The position numbers and the translations under genes were made by a program. Shown here in pieces: positions 41,613-52,900 of a stretch of 64,000 bases of DNA; the first letter of the stretch is position 1; each line of letters starts with the position of its first letter. Source of the stretch: Camelus dromedarius (Eukaryota). Under the pieces are notes generated by a model. That model had not been told where the DNA came from and did not search any database. It saw nothing but the letters and a program-made list of their open reading frames with translations. The stretch is from positions 8,246,001 to 8,310,000 of the forward strand of contig NC_087459.1 of NCBI RefSeq assembly GCF_036321535.1, read 5' to 3'.

Positions 41613-43061
41613 GGCTGCGGCCTCCGGCACCCCGCCCCGCCCAATGCCTGCCACCTGTACATACAGCCCTGCCCACCCGCCCACCACCCGCCCTGCAGGC
41701 AGACAGGCGCCCGTCCACCCCTCTTCTAACCTCTCAACCTGCAGCTTTCACCTTAGGTCCTGGCCTCCCTTCGAGCTGGCAGAGAGCAGCGATGCGGGGC
41801 TGGCTGGGAGGGAGGCAGGGGAGTGGGGTCATTCTGACCAGGCAGGGGTAGCACCTCTTGGAACACCTTTTCCCTAGCAGCTGCTGGCTGGCACTCAGCC
41901 CACAGTCCTCAAGGCCCCAGGGCACTTCAGGGCCAGAGCATGGCTGAACCCCGAGGTGGGTCAGGCCAGGAGAAGCCCCTACAGGTGGCTCCCAGCTCCA
42001 CCCTGGGCTCCCCACTCCCGTCACTCACTCCCAGGAACCCCCTGAGGGGGAAGCAGGGACTTCACTCCGCCGAGTCTTCCCACCCTGAGCCCACTTGCCT
42101 TTGCCTGCTGCCCACCAGCGTGGGGGTCCAACCCTCAGGGAACTGGCCGTCTCTAGCCTTCCCTGGACTCCCCCTACCCCAATCCCTGCCGCCCTGGGAA
42201 CTGGCATGAAAGCACGTAACCAGGCTCCCTGGGGCACCTGCTTGAGAAAATGGACAGATGCCCTCACTTGCTCGAGTCCCATGATCGTCCTGTGTGGCAG
42301 TTTCTCACTGGCCCTCACTGACCCATGTCCTCCCCCTGCCCTCCCTCCCCTGCCTGGGCAAAGACCAACCATGTAGGAGCAGGCCCTCCAGTCAACTGCT
42401 CCCAGAAGTCTCTAGGATGGAATTTCTTAGGCTGCCAGGGCAGGCCTAAGCCTCAGGAAGAAGGAGAGGCTCCTGGCCTCTCCTGGGGTCAGCCCTTGGA
42501 TGCAGGCTCAGTCTCAGGGTGATGGGGAAAGGTGTGCTCCAGGCCTGCCCCTGTGCAGTCTCCAAGGAGCCCAGCTCCCAAGACACGCTACTAAGTGCCT
42601 AGGGCTGGCGGTGTGGCCTGCTCTCCTGAGGGCAACTGACGACAGGCTGCAGAGGTCCGAAGGGCGGAGGACAGGAGCCGCTTCCAGCCGGCTTTGAGGG
42701 GCACCGCCCTGGACTGCCACTACCCCCCAACCTGCCCAGGCCTTATTCCTGTTCCTCGAGGCACAGATCAGGGCAGCCCCAGGTCCTGCTGCCCATCCCT
42801 CCCACCAGAGAAGCACAGATCTTGGGCAGCCATCCTACAAGCCCAGCCGGCCACCGCCGCCACGTGCAGCTGCAGGCTTCTCCCTACCACCCCGCCACTC
42901 TCCACTGTGATGTATGTCAAGTCCCCTGTCTATTCTCACAGGGCTGTGAAGTGACTCGGGGGGGGGGGTCACCAGGGGGGTGCAGCTAGGGGAAGGGGCT
43001 GGGTGATGATTCTCCTCAGGCTTTGGCCCTGCAAGTGAACCTACGTATCTGCTCTGTATGT

Positions 43062-43067
43062 AATAAA
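43062..43067 (+). terminator. MAPK8IP3: AATAAA polyadenylation signal of MAPK8IP3
   Basis: tgtatgtAATAAAtgtc, with upstream TGTA and downstream U/GU-rich sequence, about 1.45 kb after the stop. Confidence 0.8.
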
Positions 43068-43132
43068 TGTCTTAATACCATACTTCTGTGTCCCTGGGCC
43101 CAAGCCAACTCGAACACAAAGATTTTCTTCAG

Positions 43133-43138
43133 TTTATT
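43133..43138 (-). terminator. NME3: AATAAA polyadenylation signal of NME3
   Basis: TTTATT on the plus strand, about 290 nt past the NME3 stop. Confidence 0.75.
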
Positions 43139-43428
43139 ATAAAAAGAAACCCTGGGGCCAGCCAAGCGCCAGGATAGCGCCCTGCCCCGTTTCCAAGAGG
43201 ACTGAACAGGGGCACAGCCTGGGGCTCCCGCAGGGAGGCCTGCAGCAGCCAGGGCTGGGCAGGCGTGCACCTGTCTGTCCTCCTCTAGGTCCTCAAGGCT
43301 GCTGTGCTCCCCACCACAGGAAGGGTGTTCTGAGCTCTTGGGGGTGGGGGCGCCCACGTGTGTGCACACCTCCGGGGCCTGGAGATCCACGTCAGAAGGG
43401 GGCATCTGCCCGAGAGGCTGCAACCCGC

Positions 43429-44285
43429 CTACTCGTACAGCCAGTGCCCGGCGCTGTCCTCCCAGCACAGGAGCTCATCCGTGCGGAACCAGAGTGCGAT
43501 CTCGCGGCGGGCGCTCTCCACTGAGTTGCTACCATGAATCACATTCCTGCGCCGAAGAGGCGCGCGTGAGCGTGGGCGGTAGGGTGGACAGGGGCCCCAT
43601 ACAGCCCAGCTGGGGGAGTCGGGAGCAGCCTTACTTGCCGACCTCGATGCAGAAATCGCCGCGAATGGTGCCGGGTGGGGCGTCAGCCGGGTTTGTGGCC
43701 CCAATGAGCGCCCGTGAAGCCCGCACAACGTCCAGACCCTGCCACACCTGCAGACGGGGTCGGGAGCGCGAAGTCAGCCCAAGGTCCGCGCGCCTCCGCC
43801 CACCCGACCGCGGGCACTCACCATGGCCACCACCGGCCCCGAGCTCATGTACTTGACCAGGCGCCCGTAGAAAGGGCGCTCGCGCAGCTCCGCGTAGTGC
43901 TCGCGTAGCAGCTCCTCGGAGGCCTGGGGAGGGGAACGGGCCAGGTGCACCAGGAATCCGTGTCCCCAGCACCCGGTGACCCCACCCTCTCTGCCCGCCC
44001 CCCGCGCCCGGGAACCCCGCCCTCACCTGCACCAGCTTCAGCGCCACCAGCTTGAAGCCCTTCCTCTCAAAGCGCCGCACGACCTCGCCCACGAGCCTCC
44101 GCTGCACGCCGTCTGGCTTCACGGCCAGGAAGGTGCGCTCGTGCACGCCGGTACAGGCTGCGGGGACCGGCGGGGTCGGGCGCGTCAAGCTCGGCCGTAC
44201 CCTCTCCCCGCCCGGCCTGACCCGGCCCGCGCTGCTCACCTGCCGGGAAGAGGTTGGCGAAGACGGTCAGCAGCAGGCAGATCAT
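43429..44285 (-). CDS. NME3: Nucleoside diphosphate kinase 3 (169 aa)
   Basis: Exons 44285-44240, 44157-44027, 43923-43822, 43747-43635, 43546-43429 = 510 nt; [49 protein letters not shown] (His135), WLYE*. Confidence 0.98.
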
Positions 44286-44600
44286 GATGGCGGCGGGGCG
44301 CGGGCTGGGGCGGGGGCTGGGGTGGTGCGCAGGCCGGGGCGGGGCCTGTGTTTAAAGCTGCGGGGTAGCCTGGCGCCGCTGCCTGGGTGGAACTCAGCGG
44401 GGGACGCGGAGAGGCGGTGCCAGTCGTTCATGCCCATGCCTCGACTCTGCGGCCGCTAATCCCCTCCGATCTCCCCACGCACCTGGCGCCTGCGCTACAC
44501 TCCTCGCAGCACCGGGCTGTGAGCACTGGTGTCGGCCTGCTTGTCCTTACAACCCTGCAAACAGCCCGCTACGGTCGCCCAACCCCAAACTCAAAAAAAC
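43450..44600. promoter_or_regulatory. CpG island / NME3 promoter
   Basis: CpG-dense; GC boxes (GGGGCGGGG) about 44307-44344; TTTAAA at 44351-44356 just upstream of the NME3 ATG. Confidence 0.7.
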
Positions 44601-44626
44601 CACATCCCAGGGCTACTTCATGTGCT

Positions 44627-44632
44627 TTTATT
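44627..44632 (-). terminator. MRPS34: AATAAA polyadenylation signal of MRPS34
   Basis: TTTATT on the plus strand, about 320 nt past the MRPS34 stop. Confidence 0.7.
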
Positions 44633-44950
44633 CGTGTTCACAGCTTCTGCCTGGGTCCCTACAGAGGACACACGTCACAGACAAGGGAGCCAACGCGGAA
44701 GTGTCACGTGCCAACACTGGGGCTCCACACCTGCTTGCCCCTCTCAAGTCAGATAGGCGTGTTCGAGCAGCTGGGACAGAGGAAAGACACAAGGTGCAGG
44801 GTCTGCTCCCACCCTTTTCCTCCAAAATGTAGAACCTAAGAACAAGTCACTGGAAGGTCGGATCCAGGCTCCCAGGGGCCTGATTCAAGTGTAACCCAAA
44901 CTGGTGCCCACTGTCTTACACCCTTCTGGGAGCCTGCCGAGTCTGGTATT

Positions 44951-45857
44951 TTAGACGGCTGTGCCCTTGGTCTTTCTCTTCGCCTCCAGTTTCTCAGGAT
45001 AGTCCCAGGGATCAATGCGCGACCTCTCCAGACTCAGCATGGGCTCTTCCGTGCTGGTGTCTCCATTTTTCTGTCTCTCAGCTAGAATAATAGCCCGGAG
45101 GAGCGGCGGGTAGGGCACAGAGTGAAGAGTGTCCTCCGGCAACGGTGTGAAAGTGGTGAAGGCTTCCTCCTCGTGCTTGGGCACCACCCTCCAGTCGTGG
45201 TGCATGACCTGTTCTATCTCCCGAGCCTCACTCTCCGTCTTTCCTGGGGAAAAAAGGACGAGGCTTACTGCACACACGCTGGCCGAACAGTCTGTTGCCG
45301 GCAGCCAGCCTACCTTGTCTCCAACACAGCCTTACCTTTGAAGGTCAAGATGCCCCAGGCCTTCCCGTGGTCCAAGTTCTGCAAAGCAAGTGGGGAGGAG
45401 AATCAGTTCAGAAAGCTCGCTTGTCCAGGGATCGGGAGACAGGTGACCCCATCCCACAAAGTCCCGCGCAGGGAAGGCAGAGGTGCCCAGCGTTGCGGGG
45501 GCGGGGCGATGGGGACGGTGTCGACGGTGCGCGCACCTCCGCTGTGTAGTCAGGCCGAACCCGCGTGAGGCGCCAGTAGCATGGCTCGTCGTGCTGCCAC
45601 AGCCAGGACTTGCGCGTGACGAGGCGGCCCAGGCCGAAGAGCGGGAGGCGGCTGAGCAGCTGCAGAAGGCGGTTCTCGTGTTGCACATCGATCCAGGCTC
45701 GCATGGGCAGCCGGCGGCCCGTGTACGGCCGCGTCAGCGTCTCGTAGTCCAGGGCATAGCGCTGCGAGTCGCGCGGCCGGTTCCGTTGCTCGCGCAGGGC
45801 CCGCACGCGGCGGGCCAGCTCGGCGATCAGCCGCGGCCTCACCTTCTTCCGCGCCAT
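44951..45857 (-). CDS. MRPS34: Mitochondrial small ribosomal subunit protein mS34 (218 aa)
   Basis: Exons 45857-45537, 45378-45336, 45243-44951 = 657 nt; [66 protein letters not shown]. Confidence 0.98.
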
Positions 45858-45977
45858 GCCGCTGCGGCCGGAAGCCGTCGCCGCGCGCCGCTAGGCCCGT
45901 CCGATGCCGGAAGCGGCGGGTGTCCCCCGCAAAGGTGTCCGGGCGCAGCCGGAAGCCGAGAAGAGGCCGGGCGGGCC
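45858..45977. promoter_or_regulatory. Bidirectional CpG-island promoter MRPS34/EME2
   Basis: Divergent ATGs only 120 bp apart; CCGGAAG ETS/GABP-type motifs at 45868, 45907 and 45949. Confidence 0.85.
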
Positions 45978-48900
45978 ATGGAGAGGGCTGAGTCTGGGAG
46001 GGCCGGGGGTTCGCGCCAGGGCCGGGTTCAGCGGCGGCCCCCGACCTGGGAGATCTCGGACTCGGACAGTGAGGGTCCCGCCGGCGTGGAGGCCGCCGTG
46101 AGAGTCCCGGACTCGGCGGATGAGCGCCGGGCGGCGGCCGAGACTCCGCGGCGACTGCGGCCGGAGCAGGCCTTGCGGCGCCTGGCGGTGCTCGTCGACC
46201 CAGGTGCGGGCGGGCGCAGAGAGTAGCCCGGGGTGGGGAGCCTGGAAGTTCCCCTTAATCCCAGGAGATTATCGTCGGCCCGACTGCAGGTGGGTGAGGC
46301 ATCTCTCAGGGCCCCCTGTTGGCCAGGAACTGGCACCGGCTTCCCCGCTGGGAAGATTGTTTAGACTCAGTCGTGCGCTGTGGGAGCCGGTCCGGAATGT
46401 GTCTTGGTAACACATGCTGACCAGGCTGTGCGTCTGCTGTCCCTATCCAAGTAGTGTCTTCGCGTGGGGGAAGGAAGGAGTGACAGCTGACTCCCTCTGC
46501 CCCCTCTCAGCCATCCTGGAAGATGCTGGTGCGGATATCCTGATTGAGGCCCTGGACACCTTGGGCTGTGAGTACCGTGTGGAGCCCCAGCGCCCTGCCA
46601 GAAGTCTCAGGTGGAGCAGAGTGAAGCCAGACCCTTGCCCCAACGGTGTGAGTGTCCTAGGTTAAGTGTTTTATAGCCATGAAGTTAATCTTGAAAGGCA
46701 CCTGCTGCAGTCGTGCATGTTTTACAGACCAGTAAACTAAGAATGGGGAATGCCGAGTGGGTGATAGTTGTGGGCTGAACGCAGCTGCTGCTGAGGGCTG
46801 TTCCATCCCCATCAGGGCTGTGGCCAAAAGTTTTGCCTCGAGGACCTGGGCTGGTGTTAGTCTCAGCAGGAGATGGGATGTTGGACTTCTGTAGAGCAGC
46901 ACTGGAAGAAACTGCGAGTGGCAGTAACCACGAGCCTCAGAACTTCTGGGGTGTCCAGGTCGAGACCCTGGGATGCACGAGGCCAAGGGTGGGCAGCAGT
47001 GCCCCGGATGTCCCCACAGGTGCCTCCTGAGGTGTGGGCTGCAGATGAGCAGGACCTGCTGCTGCTGCTGGAGCCTGAGGAGTTTCTTCAGGGTGTGATC
47101 CAGCTGACCCAGGTGCTGGGGGAAGGGTGAGGGGGCAGTAATCCTCGTCCACAAATCGTGAGGGACTGGGTTTCCTATCTTGGATGTTCTGGGTGAGATG
47201 TAGGAAGGCAGCACGACTCTTGGCCTGGGAGCAGATGGGAGCCGCAGCTACTTCTAGAGGGCAGAGCCAGGATAACGAGAGTTCTCTGGGGAGCTGAGTC
47301 AGAAGTCAGAGGCAGTAAGCTGCCAAGGTGGGGGTGAAGACCAGAGCTGCAGACTGGCTGTGCAATCCACCTTGTGACCCCCAACAGCCCAGCCTGTCTG
47401 GCTAGAGGAGAAATAGGGACTGTTCAGCTGATTTTTGCACCAGAGTATTATTAGACCCTCTGCCAGTTCCCAGATTAAGCACCTGCTGTGCGCCAGGCTG
47501 GCGTGTGTGCAGAGGTGGACCGACAATGGCGAGGGGGATTCAGTCCGTCTCTTGCAGGAGCACAGGACGTGCCCGGGGCCTTATGTGGATCTCCGCCCCA
47601 CCCCTGCCACTGCCCTTGATCTCAGGAAAGGCACAAAGCCGGTTCTCTAAAGCGAACTGGCTGGGCAGGGACATCCACTCCTGCCTCCAAGCACCACAGG
47701 GTCGTTCTCAGTCTCGTTCCCCTTCTTTCTGCAAACTGGTCCCAAAGGACATGTGTGGTAAACCTTGGCTTGCAGATCCGTGGCCCAGCCTGTTCGGTGC
47801 CGTGGATCACCCCTGGGAGCCCAGCCTGCCCCCACCTGGCTGTCATTGGTCTGGATGCTTACCTCTGGTACTGGTCACCCTGACACCCTTAGCTGGCCTG
47901 ACTGGGATGGGAGAGTTCAGGGGAACGGCAGGGGTGGCGCTGGAGGCTGGTGTGTCACAGCTAACCCTCTCCCTTGGGTGGCTCTGGGGGAAGCAGAAGA
48001 ACTCAGAGGGTGGGACTGATGGGGTGTGGGGAGCTGGAGTGATGGTCACTTCTGCTTAGGTCTCACCAGCCCAGCACTCGGGAGACACGGCTGCCAGAGA
48101 GTTCAGCCACAGCCTGTGCCCAGGTGGTAGTCGGCTGGCCCGAGGTGGAGGAGGTGAGTGCAGTCAGGTTGGGTCAGGTGGTTGGCCTGGGCCCTAGTGC
48201 TTAGGCTGCTCTTAGACCCAGTGGAGGCTGGTTTGGCATGTGGGTGGCATGTGGCATTGGTCTCAGCTGGGTGTCCCCCAAGGGAGCCCTCCTCTGACCC
48301 ACACCCACGGGCTTACCCCCTCCCTCCTCAGGCCCTGGTGCTCCTGCAGCTCTGGGCAAACATGGATGTGCTACTGGTGGCCTCCTGGCAGGAGCTGAGT
48401 CAGCATGTGTGCACCTTCACCAAGGCCCTTGCCCAGCGCCCCTTCAAGTGCGTGAGCCTCACCCTGCTGGTGGCTGCTGCCAGGAGGGGTGGGGGTATGG
48501 GGCGGGTGCTCAGGAAAGGTGGACGAAGCCTCTAGGAGCCTCCCCGCACCCTCCCCTGTCCAGGCAGGCCCGGGAGTCGGGGCCCTTTTCCTTCTGCACT
48601 GCAGGGCGCTGGGCAGCAGGCGAGCGAGTAGCAGGAGATGGCACAGGGCTGCGGGCGGCCTGGTGGCGGCAGATCCAGCAGTTCAACCGGGTCAGCCCAG
48701 CTGTGGCCGATGCTGTTGTCACCGCCTTCCCCTCCCCCCGCCTTCTGCAACAGGTGCTCCCTCTCCCCCAGTCCCTGGTATGGAGGGTCCCCAAGACCTG
48801 CCCTGCTCATCCCTCTGCCTGCCCTAGGCTTACGTCGCCTGTGGCTCGGAGCAGGAGCGCCTGGCCCTCCTGACTGACCTCCCAGTGAAGATGGGTGAGG

Positions 48901-48998
48901 GTGTGCGGCCCCGCAGGGTGGGGCCTGACCTTTCCCGCCGCATCTGCCTCTTCCTGACCACTGACAATCCTGACCTCCTGCTGGACCTGGGCTCCTGA
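45978..48998 (+). CDS. EME2: Crossover junction endonuclease regulatory subunit EME2 (MUS81 partner), 372 aa
   Basis: Exons 45978-46203, 46511-46647, 47020-47112, 47776-47867, 48060-48153, 48332-48447, 48564-48753, 48828-48998 = 1119 nt in frame; [66 protein letters not shown]. Confidence 0.95.
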
Positions 48999-49534
48999 CC
49001 ACGCTTCGAGGACCAGGTAGGGCTTCTGCCACCTACTGGCAGGACACGATGCAGCCTGCCCAGGGGACTGACTGCAACCCACAAGGGGCGGTATGCAGGG
49101 AGCAAGAAAACGGGTACAGGTCTGACCCCCAAGGTGGGGGCGGGGGGAGGGGCAGTTCTTGAATAACTGCTATGGGCAGAAGAGAAAATTGTTTTCTTGC
49201 TGGGAGATGCCAAGTGCTTGAAGGTCTGGAGAAGACTGGGGCAGGGTTCACATGCCCTAGGGCCTGTATGTGGGCATAGGGGCTGGTAGCTGGCTGGGGA
49301 GTACCTAAGGTCCCCACTAGGGGAAACGCTGGTCACCTGGAGACTTGAGGAGTAGCACCTTCAAAAAGGAGCAATAAGATAAAGCCTTGAGGAAGGAAAG
49401 AGAATCAGGTTCTCTCTTCCCCAAGGTGCTGACACTCCAACCAGAGAAAAGCTGTGGACACCTGTTGAGCCCCAGGCCCTCAGTCTGACCCCTTTTGTCC
49501 TGCCCATGTGTAAGCATTAGACATAGACTCTAAG

Positions 49535-49540
49535 TTTATT
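49535..49540 (-). terminator. SPSB3: AATAAA polyadenylation signal of SPSB3
   Basis: TTTATT on the plus strand, about 410 nt past the SPSB3 stop. Confidence 0.7.
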
Positions 49541-49951
49541 ACTGTCATTTCAGCCTCAGACAGAAGGAACAGCAGCTGACGACATGCAAAGCACATTAAA
49601 AAACCCAGGGCCAGCAGCACAGGAAGGGCTGAACTCCTAGGAAGCCACCCTCCTTGCAGAGAGCAGACCCCAGCCCCCAGGCTCTCCTCCCAGGCCTGCA
49701 GCCTGGGTCCAGCAGCAATAGGGCAGCAGCTCCCCTGAGACTGAGGAAAGTGGCTGCTCCCACACCTGGCCCAGGACGCAGACGGACTCAGACAGGCCTG
49801 GTCTCGGGATCACTGGGCCACGGCCCCGGAGCCTCCACAGCCAGGCCTGTCCCAGCCTCTGGCGGCTCAGCCCACCTTCCCGTGTTGCCCTGGGGGGTGT
49901 TGGGAGGAAGGAGGGGGAACACCATCCAGCCCCTCATCTCCGTGGGGTGAG

Positions 49952-52900
49952 CTAGGTCCTTCGGCAGCGCTTCCTCTGGCAGCGCTGGGGCTCGGGGCTG
50001 CTGGGATCGGCCGGGGGTGAGGGTGTGGGTGTGGGAGGCTGGTGGTGGGCACAGCTCATGCTCAGGACCCAGCCCAGCTTGTGGTGCAGCACCTGCTTGA
50101 GGCCAGGCGGCAGGGGCAGGCCCTCGAGCGTGTCCCCGGAGTCAGGCCGAAGCTGGCGCAGGCGGTAGCAGCACAGGTACTGCAGGGAGGTGATGCTGGC
50201 GCAGGAGCGGATCACCTTCATGCTGCTCTTGGCTGCGGTGGAGCACACCATTGGGTAGAACCTCTTGTTCTGCAGCTTGGTAGCCGCCACTCCTGGTTGG
50301 GGTGGGAAGGCGCACAGCCTGAACCCCAGGCTCAGGCCGTCCTGGGAGGTCCTCCTAGGGTGACTAAGGATGCTGGGATTCCCACCCAGCCCTTCCTCAT
50401 TTGGGGCCCCTTGGACCTCAGGCTTCTATGAGGACAGCCTTTCTGGAAGCGGGGGGCCCTCAACCTGGTCCATACCAGGGGCTCAATGGCAGCTGCGCTC
50501 CACAGCCAGGTGTCAAGGTCACACCCTCACCTATGCACTTCCTGTTCTTAAAAAAGGTGAGCGTCCCATGCCAGGTGTCCAGGTGCACGCCGATGATGGA
50601 GCCTTGGCCGAACCGTGAGGAGAAGCTCATCTTGTCACCCTTGTGGTGGAGGAGCCCTGGGGGCAGTGGGGGCGGGGTAAGCCTGGGTGTCTTGAGCCCC
50701 CGCAGCCCTGCCCGCCCTGGGGGCCCATGCACCTGTGTAGGAGAGGCCCCAGCTGTCCTCATCCCTGCCGAGCAGGCTGCAGAATGTGTGGTGGTACTTG
50801 TCCAGGTCCACGTCCGACGTCCCGATGCCCACCATCTGGGAAGAGTGGGGCTGGCAGAGGGGGCTCGGGACCAGGGCACCTAGCAGCTCCCCCTGCGCCC
50901 CGCCAACCACTTACCATGTCGGTGCCATAGACGGGGGAGGTCATCTTGATCTCCCAAAAGTGCTGGCCCTCCCCCAGCTCCTTGGTGCCCCGAATGGCTG
51001 CAGTGCCGCAGCTGTACTCCATGTGGAAGTTGACCTTTCGGTTGTCGCAGCTCAGCAGGGTGGCTGAGGACTTGTTCAGGTCGTCCCAGACCCAATCGAA
51101 GTCTGCAAGAGCAAGAGGCCCGGGCTGGGCAGGCTCCCCGTGGCCCCGGAGGCCCCACCCACCCACCCTGCAGCCCCACCCGGCGCTCACACTCGTCCTC
51201 CTCCCCGCAGCGGCAGTCCCTGCCCCGGTGGGCCGTGTGCAGGCTGCCACAGAAGGCCTCTCTCTGACTGTCACAGTCGCAGAAGGACTCCCCAGTCACA
51301 GGCACAGCGCTGGGGATGGACGACGGCAGGGACGAGTACTCAGGGTCCGAATCCGAGTCGCTGTGCTGAGAGGAAGGGGCCATCTGTTCCCACCTGCCCT
51401 ACCCTCCACTGGCCCCACCTGACCCCTTCCTCTACTGGCCCCAATGCCCACCGTAGGCCAAAGAAGAGTCTGGGGGTCTGGCCTCAAAGGGCTTCCTCAG
51501 GTCTCAAGGGCACAGCCAACCACCCCTTCTATACTGCCAGCCATGGCGACCCTGGACACCTCTTCCTGGCTCAGGAGCTGGGAGGGCCTCCTTCCCAAAG
51601 GCCTACCACCCTGGTGGCTTCCTGGGAGTAGAGCAGAGGGCCCTGGAGGCCTGGCCGCTACTCAGCCCCAAGGCAGGGCTGCACCCTCAGCCATCCATCA
51701 CTGTCCAGACAACTACATCACAGATAAAGATGAAGCCACACAGCAAAGTACTCTGCTGACCTAACAAAAGCAGCTTGGTCTCCCCACAGCAGCCTGGCTC
51801 AGGCAAGAGCTGAGCACCATGGTAGGGCCTGCACACCTGTCCTGGGCTATGGCACCCTCACCATCCTCACAGAGTTGGCTCTCAACCCCCATCACAGCCC
51901 TGATAAGCCCCGCGGTCTTTTGCTACCTCATGCAGGAAAACGTTCTGTGGGGACTTGGCCCTCTACAGGAGGACTCAGTCCTCGAAGTACGGACTCCGAG
52001 CTTTGAGGTCATGATCTCAGGCCAGCGGCCAAACACTAAGTGAACCGGTCCAGTTCCAGGGACTGGCTGACTGACAGACCCTCCTGGAGGCCAGCCAGGT
52101 GCTCTCTGTGCACCTTGTCATTCCTGCTCTGCAGCCACACGGGCCCCTCCAGACACCTGCCTGGGCTCTGGACCCCCAGCCGACTGGTGAGGGGCTGGAG
52201 TCTGACTCCCCAGGGCCAGTGGATGCAGACAGACTCCATGTGCCTGCTCTCCCAGCCTGCCCAGCCGGCCTGGGGTCCTGGTTGGGCTCTGGCCTCCACC
52301 CTCACTCTTCTGGCCTCTGGCACCCTCTGCACAGTGGTCCCAGTGACCTGCTCAGAGCTGAGAATCCTGCTGCCCTGAGAACAAAGCCTATGCCCTCTTC
52401 CTCTGCCCTGCCCACCTGTCCACTCCCTCCTTGGGGCAGGGGTCTCTTTGCCCCTGGATTGCAGCTTTCAGATGTCACGTCAAAGAGGCTCCTCCTGCCC
52501 TTCCCTCCACATCCTCTTCTCACTGGCTCCTGACACTCCTTGGTCCTGCTGATCTGCCTCCTGTCCCCAGTACTGAGTTTCTCTACTATTACACTCAGCC
52601 CCACGCACCACACAGAAACTCCATGAATCAAGGGCAGAAGCTGAATTCAGGTAGTGAGGAGACTGCACCCCAGGCAGCAGCCTGGGGCCCAGACCTGAGT
52701 GTTGCAGTCCCCAGGGGTCAAACTGGTTGGCACCCAGCTCCCAACCCCCAGGCAGGGCACAGCCACAGCCCCACCACAAGCCATGAGAACTCAGGGCAGA
52801 AAGGACAGGAATGTACATGTTCAGCCTTCAAAGATGCTGGGATGACACATTCTCTCACCCACACAAGTACTCTAGGCCCATCAGGTGACTGAACAAGCCA

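Noticed and set aside
45483-45977. 247-aa ORF extending EME2 upstream, antisense to MRPS34 exon 1
   Set aside because: Starts at GTG with no in-frame ATG before 45978; it is the stop-poor shadow of a CpG-island coding exon and lies upstream of the plausible TSS.
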